The notes beneath the pieces were generated by a model that saw only the letters and a program-made list of their open reading frames with translations, was not told where the DNA came from and did not search any database. A DNA stretch of 64,000 nucleotides. Origin: Aplysia californica (Eukaryota). Position 1 is the stretch's first letter. Each line of letters opens with the position of its first letter. This document shows, one piece after another, positions 26,186 to 38,206 of this stretch. A program made the position numbers and the translations under genes. The stretch spans positions 123,658-187,657 of the forward strand of contig NW_004798271.1 of NCBI RefSeq assembly GCF_000002075.1. The letters are read 5' to 3'.

Positions 26186-27619
26186 CCTGATGGGGCTTCT
26201 GCAACTCACAGTCAGACTCGGTCTGTCCACCGCAGTTCAGTTACTTAGAATTAGAAAGTAATTTCTCCTCTCTGGAAAAAAAAAAGAAAAATGCGTGTGT
26301 GAAAAAATAAACATGATAATAACATTAACACTTACAGTACCGCAGGGTCATAATATAGATCTAGATAATTAGATATCTAGTGAAAAACTCTTGAGTACCG
26401 CATCCATATCATGACATTTAGAAGCCAACATAATAATTAGGGTACGTTACAAAAAAATTCATGAAACAAAAGTCATTGAGTGAATTACATGAAATTTTCA
26501 AGATATATTCAGAAATAAATGTATACTTTATAGAAAAACTTCTTTTGCGACAGATCTAGATCTAGAATCTATCTAGAATCTAGACATCATGATAAAACTC
26601 CCATCCATTTTCTGTTTGGAGAGGGTGGACACGCCCACCTGAATTTTCAGATCTAGATTCTAGATCTATATAAGTATATATATATATATATAGCGATCTG
26701 GGAACGCTGAAGCCACGGTAGAACAATGTTTAAAAAAAAAAAAAAAATTTTTTTTTTACTTGCACGCGTCTCATGTTCACGTTTTATACTTCTTTCCTAT
26801 AGTATTTTGCATGCTGAACACGAATGGCCTTCATTTTTGCCGCAAATCAATAGTTATTGAGTTATTGATGTTTGAAAATAGTTTAAATTTAACTATACAT
26901 GGGGGGTAAAAAGAACTATTGGGGGGTTTCAGGCTGCATTTCACAACGATTTGATGTTTTGGCAATTAGGATTGATATAGAATCTAGAATCTACTTGAAA
27001 ACAATTGATTTGCAAGGGTTTTAGTTTTAGGTGGCCATACGTCACGTATATACGTGTGTTCTACAGCAAAAATTATGGCAGTAGCCTTCAAATCAATGCA
27101 TCTAGAATCTAGATCTATATCTAAGATCTAGATTCTCTAGATATCTAGATCTAGATCTATGATTCAGTATGATGACAAATTATTTTATGAATCACTTCAC
27201 TAGACTTGAAAACAAGTAAAATAAAGACGAAGTATCACAAAACCAACAAGCCCTCGAGGCATGCATGGTATTAGGTCATTCAAAGGGTGATTTCGCACAA
27301 CAAATATTCAACATAAGACCAACATCAAATAATGTTTTTTTTCTCTGCTTTCTGATTTGCCATAGGCCTACCAAAAAATCGTAAAAGTCGCTTGGTAGAT
27401 TTTGTGGCTTTATTGGCTAGCCTACATCCCTCACTCAAAAAGTCCACTCAATTTCTCTCCCTTCCTTTTTATGCAAGTTCTCCAATTTGTAAAACCAGAT
27501 TTGGTTTCCAGTTTCCAGAATCAAAATTCCCTACGTGAAGTCATGTTCACGAAACGAAATTGAATAGATCTACTAGAGACTAGAGACTAGAGATCTCGAT
27601 GGGCCTAAAAAAACAGAAC

Positions 27620-28155
27620 CCTACCTTCCAGATCTAGGGTCAGCGATGCGAACTGTATTTCAAAGTGAAGTGATAATTTTATCCCCTCTGGGTGTTGGCA
27701 ACGTGCAGGTTTGAAGTTGCCATGACGGGCATCTGTCCTTGTCAACAGAGGTCCAGATTCTCTAGATCTTGATTTGATCCACCCCTACCCCGACCCCAAG
27801 ACAAACAAAGTGACTTCTCGTACACACGGTCTGCTACAGCTGCTGCGCTACTGACCCGAGGATAACATGATGATGACAATTGGCCACTGATCCAACTCGT
27901 GTGACTTGAGTTTCGTTCTACCCAGACTCTCTGTTCGAGAAGGATGACGGCTCTTTTGTTCTGTTGTCATCTTTGTGTAGAGTAGGCCTAGATTCTAGAT
28001 CCATAGAGAGAGTGGACTTGAGTTTGACTCTGAATACTTACTGTTGTTAAGTTGTAGATCTAGATCTAGAGATGGCCTGCTAGATTAGATCTAACTTGTT
28101 TGGCATTCATTTGTTAAAGTCTGCCATAAAATTATAACACACACTGCCCAACAAT
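27620..28155. promoter_or_regulatory. Probable bidirectional promoter of CUEDC2 and the PAE/Notum-like gene
   Basis: Head-to-head genes; minus-strand donor GAAG|GTAGG at ~27623 fits a CUEDC2 non-coding exon; locally CpG-richer; X-box-like GTTGCCATG at ~27716. Confidence 0.5.
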
Positions 28156-31100
28156 ATGGCATTTGTTCCTGTAACAGTTTCACGGCCTCAAGTTTTACCA
28201 CCTCTGTTTACGTCTCGTAGATTGTATGTCCACATATTCCTCCTGTTGATAATTGTGCTAATTTTAGTGGTTGTAAGATTTATGTCTCACGTTCGTTTGA
28301 CTTTCGTACATTACCACATGGAGAGTGATACAGATGCTGAACTCGTGACCTTACCCAAGTCTTTTGCTCGGGAGAAGGGAGCGTTTTGTCTGGATGGTTC
28401 CCCGCCTGCGTACTACTACAGACCAAGTAAGCGTTCTCGACTCATCTGTCGACAGACTGTTCGCAGCCATGGAATGACAGACATTTTATTTACTGACACA
28501 GATGCCCTGCACATTGTGTCCAAGGCTCAAGACAATCTGACTATATTTTTTTAGCTTGACACTTGACAAATTGAGTGTAGATTTCTAGGCCTATTTAAAA
28601 ATTGTTTACTGAATCCCATTTTCTGAAAACTATGGCACATCATCAAGATTTAGCAATGTCTTTCTAGATGATTTTAATTGGACCTGTCTTAGGGAGTCCC
28701 TTATTCTAAATGTCTAAACCATTTTAGTATAATGGCATCCTAGGTCTTTCAGGACTCGCGCATATGAGCTCCCAGTTAACTGGAATAGATTTGCACCGCA
28801 CTGTTCGCCAAAGCATTCGTTCAGTGTCTAAAAGGGCGAAGGGAGAGTTCCCTTTGGTTCAAATGGTTAAAGTTGATTGGTCAAAGTTTTTGTGAGCGGA
28901 GTGACCTTCAGCGCATGTCTGCTAAATTGATCATTAAAAAAAAATTCATTTCTCTATCTATCATGTGCTTGCATGGGTACACTCACACTAAACTATGCTG
29001 CTGTAGAGGAGTTCTGTTGGCAGGAAAGAGGTCAACCAAAGGAAAATGTTTGGTCAGGTTATTTTTGTAATTATTCACACTTTTTTCTCTGCTTTCATGT
29101 CAAATGATAAATGATTTGTGTGTTAAACTTGTTGAAGTAAAATGACATTAAGTTGATTGTAAGTTTAATTCCATGTCAATTTTCAGTCGATGTTTCTATT
29201 CATGGATTGATTGCAAGAACTAAATAATTTTTTCAGCAAGCCTCACAATAAAATACTCTTGTTCTGTCATTTTGTTCAGGTCCTATCATTTCCTCCAACC
29301 TGTGGATCATTTACCTGCCAGGAGGCGGCTGGTGTGTGTCTGAGGAAGACTGTTTTCAAAGGTATGTATAACTATATAACTAATACCTACTGTTTGAGTT
29401 TGCCAATTCATAACAAAACTTTTTTGTTTTCTCTTTTTTTTTTTTTCGGAGGGGGGGAGGTTGGAGAATGATAATTTCCTTCCTTAAATTTGATGTGTCT
29501 CTCAGATGTATTCTTATATGCTCATAGTATAGTTGATCCTATTCAAAAACTATTTTTCTGTAAAGTGTAAAAATCTAAAGTTTCAGCTATCCTTCCTGTC
29601 TTTTGTTTCTCTTCTCTGTGCTTCTTTCACTCAAATTCCATTCTTTTTTTTCTGTTTTTAAGAAGGCAATTTTAATTTTATATTAATGGATTTAAAGAAA
29701 AGTTGCTTTGCATGAGAATGAATGTGGCATCTTATTTTCAGTCTTTTCTTCATTCCCAAAGCAAAGTTGGTTCCAGTGTTTTTTTTCCTTTCCCCAGGAG
29801 TTTAACCTCTCTAGGTTCAAGTCATGTGGCTCCGACTTCGCTGTCGATGGACGGGTTTTTATCCAAAAACTGCAACAACAACCCAGACTTTTGTTGGTGG
29901 AATGTCCTGATCTTCCATTACTGCGACGGAGGCTCTTTTCTAGGTACTCGACATAGGCTCATATTTTTGCCGTGTCACCTCAGTGTATGGTCACTAATAT
30001 AGTATAATTAGGAAAAGATGAATGTAGTTCTTAGGACAATTGAATTGACAGAAAGGCTTTCTCTACTTTTGCCGGCTGTAGTTTTTCTGCATTGAGTTTT
30101 GTGGGAGTTTGTAATTCAGCCAACAAAACAGACAGGAAGGAATGCTTTTGTATTGCTTTATGTAACAGGAAAGTAGGTGAAATTTGGATTTGCTTTATAT
30201 TTTAATTTTTGGGGGACTTTTTTGTTGTTGCTAGTTTGCTGCTCTAATACAAAGGAGTTTGCTCTTTTGTTTTCTTTCAATGGCTTTTTCAGTCAGGCAA
30301 TGTCGACTTACTACCACTCCCCAGGCAATCAGTCGCACAATGTTGACTTCAAGTCTCGCAGCCTGTACATGAGAGGTGGTCGGATCTTTGAGGCACTGAT
30401 TGAGTACCTTATGAGCACGACGGGGCTCAAAGATGCTGAGCAGATAATCTTGTCTGGCACTTCAGGTATGCTGAATTCGTCATTGGGGTTTTGTAGTCAA
30501 TATATATGGCCGCTCTGATGAATTAAAAAAAAGAACTTTAAGGATTCGATTCCTTTATGTGTGTGTTTGGAGGGTGCCTCTTGTATGTAGGTCCTACTAC
30601 TTCTTTTTCCCTCCGTGGTTTTTATTTATCTGTCTTTTTTCTTCCCTGCACTTTATACCTCTCATTTTGTCGATGTGGTTCCCTTTACTCAAACTCAGTC
30701 ACTTTTAAGTTATTGATAAAGTTTTTAAAACGTAATGGATTTGGTTTCTTTATATGGATGTGTGGGAGCACTATACAGCCAGTGTTGAACAAATTTCTGT
30801 GGTAACAAACGTGTTGAGAAAATTTACCCTGTTTTGTAAAAGTATAATATTAACAGTTTGGTACTTGGTCATGGTGATTCCCTTTGTATTTTTTTTATCT
30901 ATGTCCAGTACTGGCAGTACTGGGTTGTGATAATATTACCCCTTTTATGTTTACAACATTTTCTTTGTATTTTCCGTGCTTTATTGTTGTAGTAGCATAT
31001 TAATTATATTTTATTTGTCTTGGTTTTTAGTTTGAGTACTTACAGTTTCATGACACGTGCTACACAAATTGGTCATGTAAGTGCTGAAGATTAAAGGTGT

Positions 31101-33123
31101 TATTATAGGGTAATAATCATAATAATCAAAAAAAAAAAAGATGAAGAGTTAAGGGTGGTAGATGTTAGATAAGAAAAAAAAAGAGTAAACTGCACAAGAG
31201 CACCACCCGCCAACCACTCATTTATTTCTCTCCCTCTACCCCCATGTGTGTTTAGCTGGCGGCATTGGTGCGCTGATCCACACTGACCTCCTGCGGAGTC
31301 GCCTGCCCCCCTCGGTGAAGACGCTGCATGTTCTGGTGGACGGGGCCATGTTTGTGGACGTGCCGGACGTGGATGGGCAGCGCTCCATGGCCAAGATGCT
31401 CAGCTCCTTCTATCACCTGCACTCGGTCAAAGGTCAGAGTTCGTCTCATTGGGGGAAAAAATTGTCTTGATAGATATATATTTAGAGTATTTAAGGCCAG
31501 TCCATCTGACTTTTGTACATTCGAACACACACTTAGTAAAACACGCTCTGAGTGGACAGATTTTCAGGTCCAAATTTTTTTTCTTTTAAACATTGTTCTT
31601 TGAATTTAAAACATATATAGCAAAATTCACCCATATCAAAAATATTTGTGTGTCCTGCCCAATTTCGCTTTGTGCATGCTAGACTATATATTTGTGGTAA
31701 ACTGCCTCAGTTAGACAAGTTCATGGTGTTGTTTTCCCAGGGCTAGTGGTAGGGGGAGATGGGACAGGGGAGTGTTTCAAGTTTTTGTCATTTGGAAATA
31801 TGTCAGCAGCAGTCATTGATTTGTCTCCCCTCCCTGTTCCTGTTCTTTTTGTTTTTCTGCTCCTTGTGTCTGTCTCTCCCCTCTCTCTCCCTATTCTCTC
31901 TGTTTCTTCTTTCTGTCTCTCCCCCCCCCCTACTGTCCCTATTCTCTCAATTGCTTTGACTCTTCTTTCTCTCTCTCTTCTCCATCCCTGTTCTTTCTTT
32001 TTTCTGTCTCTCCTCACTGCCCCTGTTCTCTCTTGTCTCTCCTCACTGCCCCTGTTCTTTCTCATCTCTCTGTCTCTTCTCTCGATCTCTCCGCCTCATC
32101 CCCTAACATATCGTCATGTATTCCATCACTCTCAGATGCCACCAGCATCCAAGAATGTACGAGGACTATGAAGAAGGAAGACACATGGCGCTGTTTGTTG
32201 CCGCAAGTCTACCAGTCGTTCGTCTTCACGCCCGCGTTCTTCATCCAGTCCATCTATGACACCTGGCAGCGGACGAACGTCCTCAAGGTACAAATAAAAT
32301 AATGATGATATTAAAAATGATGATAAAGATTACCTGTTGGGGCCTTTTGTGATCTTGAGGTATGGTGTTTGCCTTTCAGTCAAAATATTCCGGGATCGAA
32401 TCGTGCCAAGGACGATAAAGTTTTCTCCTCCAAATTGTCTTCCTTTCCTGTTGTCAGTCGTGTTCTGTCATCTGCCCCTCTGCCTGAGGTCCTGAGGTCC
32501 TGAGCAAGTTGCGCCTATATATCTCACATTCATATCAACTTCAGAATCAAATTCCATATCCCTACCCAGGCAGTCCTCGTCATTTCCAGCATCTAATTCA
32601 GAAAGATCTTCAAAATAATCAACAATGTCCTGTAAAGTAAACACTGTTTTCTGTGTGCTATTTGTCCCAGACAGGCCAGGTTGGGGATAGGGTCTCGCTT
32701 ACCGGTGTACCGGTTGCTAGGTGTATGGGCTATTTTACACATCACTGGTGTACCAGTGACTAGGGTTCAAAATGCTAAAGTTTCATGCGTACTGGTGCTC
32801 TCAACGTAAAACAATCCTTTCAAACACAGGTACCCTGCTTCGCCGTCACCTGCCCCGAAGCACACTTGGACGAGGTCTACAAAGCGCGGGACGCGGTACA
32901 ATCCATGGCCCAGCAGATCATGACGTCGAGGAAGAACGGCGTGTTCCTCACGGTTTGCCCCGCCCACACCATCCTGATCCGGCCGTACTTCTACAAGAAG
33001 GAGGTGGGCAACCCCACCATACAAAAGTCTCTGTCCTCGTGGCTGCAGCACAGCGAAGTACAGACGCACGTGGACGTGAATCTCCCACTGGAGGCCGCCG
33101 TTGAGATGTGTCAGACCGCGTGA
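28156..33123 (+). CDS. Pectinacetylesterase/Notum-family alpha/beta hydrolase (~420 aa) with N-terminal hydrophobic anchor; exons 28156-28426, 29280-29361, 29798-29943, 30325-30465, 31256-31432, 32136-32287, 32830-33123
   Basis: Motifs GAFCLDGSPPAYYY, LPGGGWC, NPDF.WWN...HYCDGGSF, LYMRG..IF, SGTSAGG (nucleophile), YDTWQ (Asp), CPAH (His); phases consistent (1263 nt). Confidence 0.9.
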
Positions 33124-35605
33124 TTTTGTACAATATACAACAACAGGGGGTAAAACTAGTAAAAGTAAAGTATAGCCATCCCCCCACCCCACACCCCCGT
33201 CACACATAGTTGCCAACCAGTACGTTAAAAACATATTTCTTACATCGTTGAGGGTCTGAGAACACGGATGTCTGATTTTATGATGGAAAGTACGTGTTCT
33301 CTGTTTTCTATCAAATGTTTTTAAAAATTTAAGAACTTTCCAGGCTGGATTTGTGAATAATTATACATGAGAACTAAGCCCATAAGTCTATTTCAGCCGT
33401 GTCCGTTACCATAGTTACCTATGGAGCATGAATTTGAATGCAGAATATTGTGTGTGAAGGGTTGTAGGAGGGGAGTGGCATTACTTGGCCAGTGCTCACC
33501 GTATTGACCGGCCTTGTGGGAAGTATCTGTGTGTGTTTTTGTTTTTGAAAAGTTGGCAGCTATGCAGAATGGATGGTAAAAGTGAAATGCAACACCCCCT
33601 CCCCCACCCCCCATCCCATGTCTTTGCACATTGTAATGATCTCTCTTCACTGTTTCTTGTTCTTGGAAGACAATGTAGCTACAATCCTGCTCTTGTAAGA
33701 CAAAGCTGCAAACCCTCTGTGACTCCCACGGTGACACTGGTTATTGTGTGCATGGTCAAGCAGTTCAGAATGGGGAGGCTATACTTTACTTTTGCCCCCA
33801 CCCCCCCCACCCCCCACCCCCCAAATGATGAAGTCTGTTCAGAAAAAGGTAGATACTGGGCATGTCCAATCATGACGTTGTCCTTCTGTGTCGCGAAATC
33901 CGCGATCTCCATACCCGATCTCCATCCCCGATGCGTCATTTGCTCAGTTGGTAAGATGCTGGACTTACAGCATGGTTGACCCAGGTTCAATTTCCCAGAA
34001 AGATGTTCTTGAACTTTGGTGACTTGGAGATGTTCCAAGCCTCTTCACCCTCCTGGCTCTCTGTCTCATCGGACTTGGATGTTGAATTTTAAAGTCCCAC
34101 AACATGAACAACGTTTGTATGGTATTGTGGTGAAATCAGGCGCTCGTCAAAATAAAGAAATCAAACAAAACCAACAGTTTTTTCGGTGGTTGGGCATTTT
34201 TTATGGGGGTTTTTTGTGGCTCAACACCTGTTACATCCATGTAAAAACAAATCAGTCCCTTTCAGCTTCTTCAATAACAAATATCTCAACATCTATTCAA
34301 GTAAGATGGGGGGGGGGGAGTTTTCATTCAAAAGCAAGACAAATGAACAAGCTTTAAGGTGATTGCAATAACTTTTTATATATATATGCACAAAAATTGA
34401 CGAGTGCCTGATTCCACCATGTCATGACATGTTTTGATGTAGATTACAGCATTAAGACCATACCTCACCCCACTCATGGTCACTATTTGATCTATGATAT
34501 TGTTCAACTTTTTACTGTCGATGACACTTTGTTACTTTTGTTTGCTACTCATTTATTGTTCTTAGCAATACTCATTGTTGGCAGAAACAACATCTGACTG
34601 AGTGAAATGTTTCTCAAAGTTTCATATTGTCATTGCTGGATTCGTACTATATTAGCTAACTTTGTTTCTGTTAATTGTACAGGAGTGTGAAAAAAACTAA
34701 AAGGTTATACACATTTAAGCTGTTTAGAATCCAACGTTGTAGCGACTCTTTGGATAGGCTAAAAGCAATCTGGCTGAAAGTTATTTATATATAGTATCTG
34801 TTTTGTGATTCACGGAAGAAAAGAAAACCGCATTTTCGAAGTTAGTTGTTTAGCTTCCTGTAGCGAAGATTTATGTGTTGAAATACTATACTGTTACATG
34901 TATATATATATATATATATGTACTGAATGAGCACAATGGGTTTTTNNNNNNNNNNNNNNNNNNNNNNNNNNNNNNNNNNNNNNNNNNNNNNNNNNNNNNN
35001 NNNNNNNNNNNNNNNNNNNNNNNNNNNNNNNNNNNNNNNNNNNNNNNNNNNNNNNNNNNNNNNNNNNNNNNNNNNNNNNNNNNNNNNNNNNNNNNNNNNN
35101 NNNNNNNNNNNNNNNNNNNNNNNNNNNNNNNNNNNNNNNNNNNNNNNNNNNNNNNNNNNNNNNNNNNTACAATTAATACAAGTGAATGCTGTCATGCATG
35201 CTTACCAAAGCACTGAGTCATGAGGTTTGTAACTTTTTTGAAAGTTTGTCTATTTTTGTCAGTATTGAGGTGGGATCGAGGTTTGAAGTTAATGAGGAAC
35301 TGTTTTATACTCATTGGTTCACAGTTGTCAATCTAATGAGAATGACAGGAAAATTACAAATGTAAATGAGGAAATTGTTGTGTGTCGCGATGCAGTGAAA
35401 TCAGGCGTTCGTCAAATTTTGAGCACACAGAGTTATTGGTATCATCTTGAAGCGTGTTCAAATGTTTTGCTTTTGATGAAAAAAAAACTACTAATCTCTC
35501 ACGGGTAGACGTGGAGATGTTTGCAAATGAAGGAGGTGGGGGTGGGTAGCCGGGTGTCAGTGGAAAAATTAGCGAGAAAGTGGCCGCCAAAGCTTGAAAG
35601 TCCTT

Positions 35606-35955
35606 GTTGGTAGCGATCCAGTAGCATCGGAGCGTTAACTCTTCTGCATGATGCCATTCTGTAATAGTTGCATGTTTGTTCTAATTGTTGTCTTGAGGAG
35701 GAGAGGCAGTTAGATGTGTGGGGTAGCTTGGGAAGAAAACACCCCCTTAAATCAGTTAGTTTTCTACAGAAGAACAGATGCTGTTCCACTGTCTCTGAGG
35801 GGTAATCACATAGTGGGCAGGCAGCAGACTGCTTTACTCCAATTCGGTTGAGATGTTGGTTGAGGGGTACATGTTGTGTTTTAAGTTGGAAGACTATGGA
35901 TTGATCTCCCTTCCTCAACTCATTGATTGGATCTTTGACCAGTGGTTTATTCATT
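35606..35955 (-). mobile_element. 5'-truncated LINE 3' end (Zn knuckle) with target-site duplication, inserted in a MITE
   Basis: IVFQLKTQHVPLNQHLNRIG...CPLCDYPSETVEQHLFFC; flanked by GCTTGAA(A)GTCCTT on both sides. Confidence 0.8.
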
Positions 35956-36529
35956 GCTTGAAGTCCTTAAAAATTGCAAAATTACATTCTTTGTGTCGTT
36001 GATCAAAGTTTTCAGTAAAACACCCAGAAATGTGTTCTTGAATGAACATAAAAGGTGTTGAGCCAATTTTTTTTAACCGATAAAAATAACTGAACTTGTG
36101 GAAAATTGTCGGTTTTCTTGATTTCCTTTTGAAGAACAGCTGATTTCACCACGATGCCTCACATAGAGATTTCTTACCGTCCGTGTCGACTCTTAATGGT
36201 CTTTGCATCAAATCAGGTCAAATACTTGGGGGCGGGGGGAACATAATTCTTTCTTGATATCTTCTAGAATTGCTCAACTTTTGGTGCAGTGTCCTTTTTA
36301 TTTATGATAGTAACCCCAGTTGTATTTACGGTCGTAAAGGGTATTATTTCAGACAGAAAGAATTGTCCGACCTAGTCTGGTGAATTTTGAGAAAGCAGAA
36401 TGCTTTGGCTTTGTTTGTTCACAAGGAATGCTTTGGCTTTGTTAACATAACTTCTACTTTTATGTTACTTTTGAAGTTTTAATGTGAGTTTGTTTGTTTG
36501 TTTGTGTGTGTGTGCTCAACAACTCTCCC

Positions 36530-37170
36530 TCCACCCGAACCACTCCGCACTCACTTTATCCACCCGAACCTCTCCGCACTCACTTTATCCACACGAACCT
36601 CTCCGCACTCACTTTATCCACCCGAACCTCTCCGCACTCACTTTATCCACCCGAACCTCTCCGCACTCACTTTATCCACACGAACCTCTCCGCACTCACT
36701 TTATCCACACGAACCTCTCTGCACTCACTTTATCCACACGAACCTCTCCGCACTCACTTTATCCACCCGAACCTCTCCGCACTCACTTTTTCCACCCGAA
36801 CCTCTCCGCACTCACTTTATCCACCCGAACCTCTCCGCACTCACTTTATCCACCCGAACCTCTCCGCAACCACTTTATCCACCCGAACCTCTCCGCACTC
36901 ACTTTATCCACACGAACCTCTCCGCACTCACTTTATCCACCCGAACCTCTCCGCACTCACTTTATCCACCCGAACCTCTCCGCACTCACTTTTTCCACCC
37001 GAACCTCTCCGCACTCACTTTTTCCACCCGAACCTCTCCGCACTCACTTTATCCACCCGAACCTCTCCGCACTCACTTTATCCACCCGAACCTCTCCGCA
37101 CTCACTTTTTCCACCCGAACCTCTCCGCACTCACTTTATCCACCCGAACCTCTCCGCACTCACTTTATCC
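36530..37170. repeat. 29-bp minisatellite x~22
   Basis: CCACCCGAACCTCTCCGCACTCACTTTAT. Confidence 0.95.
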
Positions 37171-37989
37171 GCTGTATGTTTTTGGGAGGGACAAAAGCCT
37201 GGGTGTTTGACATGCAGTATGCGCGCAAGAGAGTGCAGTATGCGCACAAATGTATGTATTTCTGTCTGTGTGTGGGTGGGTGTGTGTGCTCGTGTGCATG
37301 TGTATGTGTGTGTGTATGTGTTTGCGTGTGTTTGTGTTAAGATTTAGATGCTGTTTACAAATTAAATATCTTAACGCAATTCAATTTATCCTGACTCTGT
37401 ATACATATTATATTCGTGGGAAGAAAAGTTATTTTGCAAGCTCTCCTTAGTGAGGTTTCACTTCATACATTTATAGTATAGACATGATCATGTTTTGTAG
37501 AATTCTACATGACTGTGTTGAGGGTGCTTTCCCCTAATTGTTTTCCTTTTCGTATGTTTGAGATGAGAAATTTCTACAAGCCATTTTGACACAAATGTTA
37601 TCATATTTCGTTTTTAACAATTTTTTGTGATAAAATTTTATTTGTTGGCACATCTTTGCCACAATGATGCAAGCAGAACTTGGATTCTGTGAATTGAAGG
37701 GATGGTCCCAATTTTTTTCTCTCTGTACATTATACTCCTTTTGTTTGATGCACGTTGAACTCATGAAACCCAAAGAAAATTGGAATGTGATGAAGTAAAT
37801 GAACATATATCTACTCCGTTGGTCTGACCCTGAATGGAAAGTTGGAGCAAGCAAATGGCCCTGGTTCGACACCCTTTCTGGGTGTTCTTGAATTTATGTA
37901 ATTTATGAAGATTTCAAGACTCTCAACCCATGTGGGTCTGTCAGAGAAGGAAGTAAAATTTGAAGGTCCCACCTCTTAAATGGTCACTT

Positions 37990-38206
37990 TTAAGGACGAG
38001 TGTGCTATCCTGAAAAATGTTGTTTTGAGAAAATCGAAAGTAAAGGTGTACAGTTTATTAAAAAACAAGGAGAGTTTCCTCTATTACCAAACAAATATTC
38101 ACACCAATGAAACCAAACTTCTCCTATAGGTAGGGCGATGCCTGCTTTTGGTGTAGGTCAAGATTTCTGGAAACCCCCGAAATCTGGGTTAGCCAGCTTG
38201 TCCTTA
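37990..38206. mobile_element. TTAA-flanked MITE, Kolobok-like (inverted copy ~7419-7657)
   Basis: TTAAGGACGAG ... CTTGTCCTTAA; internal sequence shared with the 7.4-7.7 kb copy in reverse orientation. Confidence 0.6.

Noticed and set aside
36484-37347. Long ORFs in three frames; CRISPR-like regularity
   Set aside because: Stop-free 29-bp minisatellite with no unique spacers; eukaryotic context.
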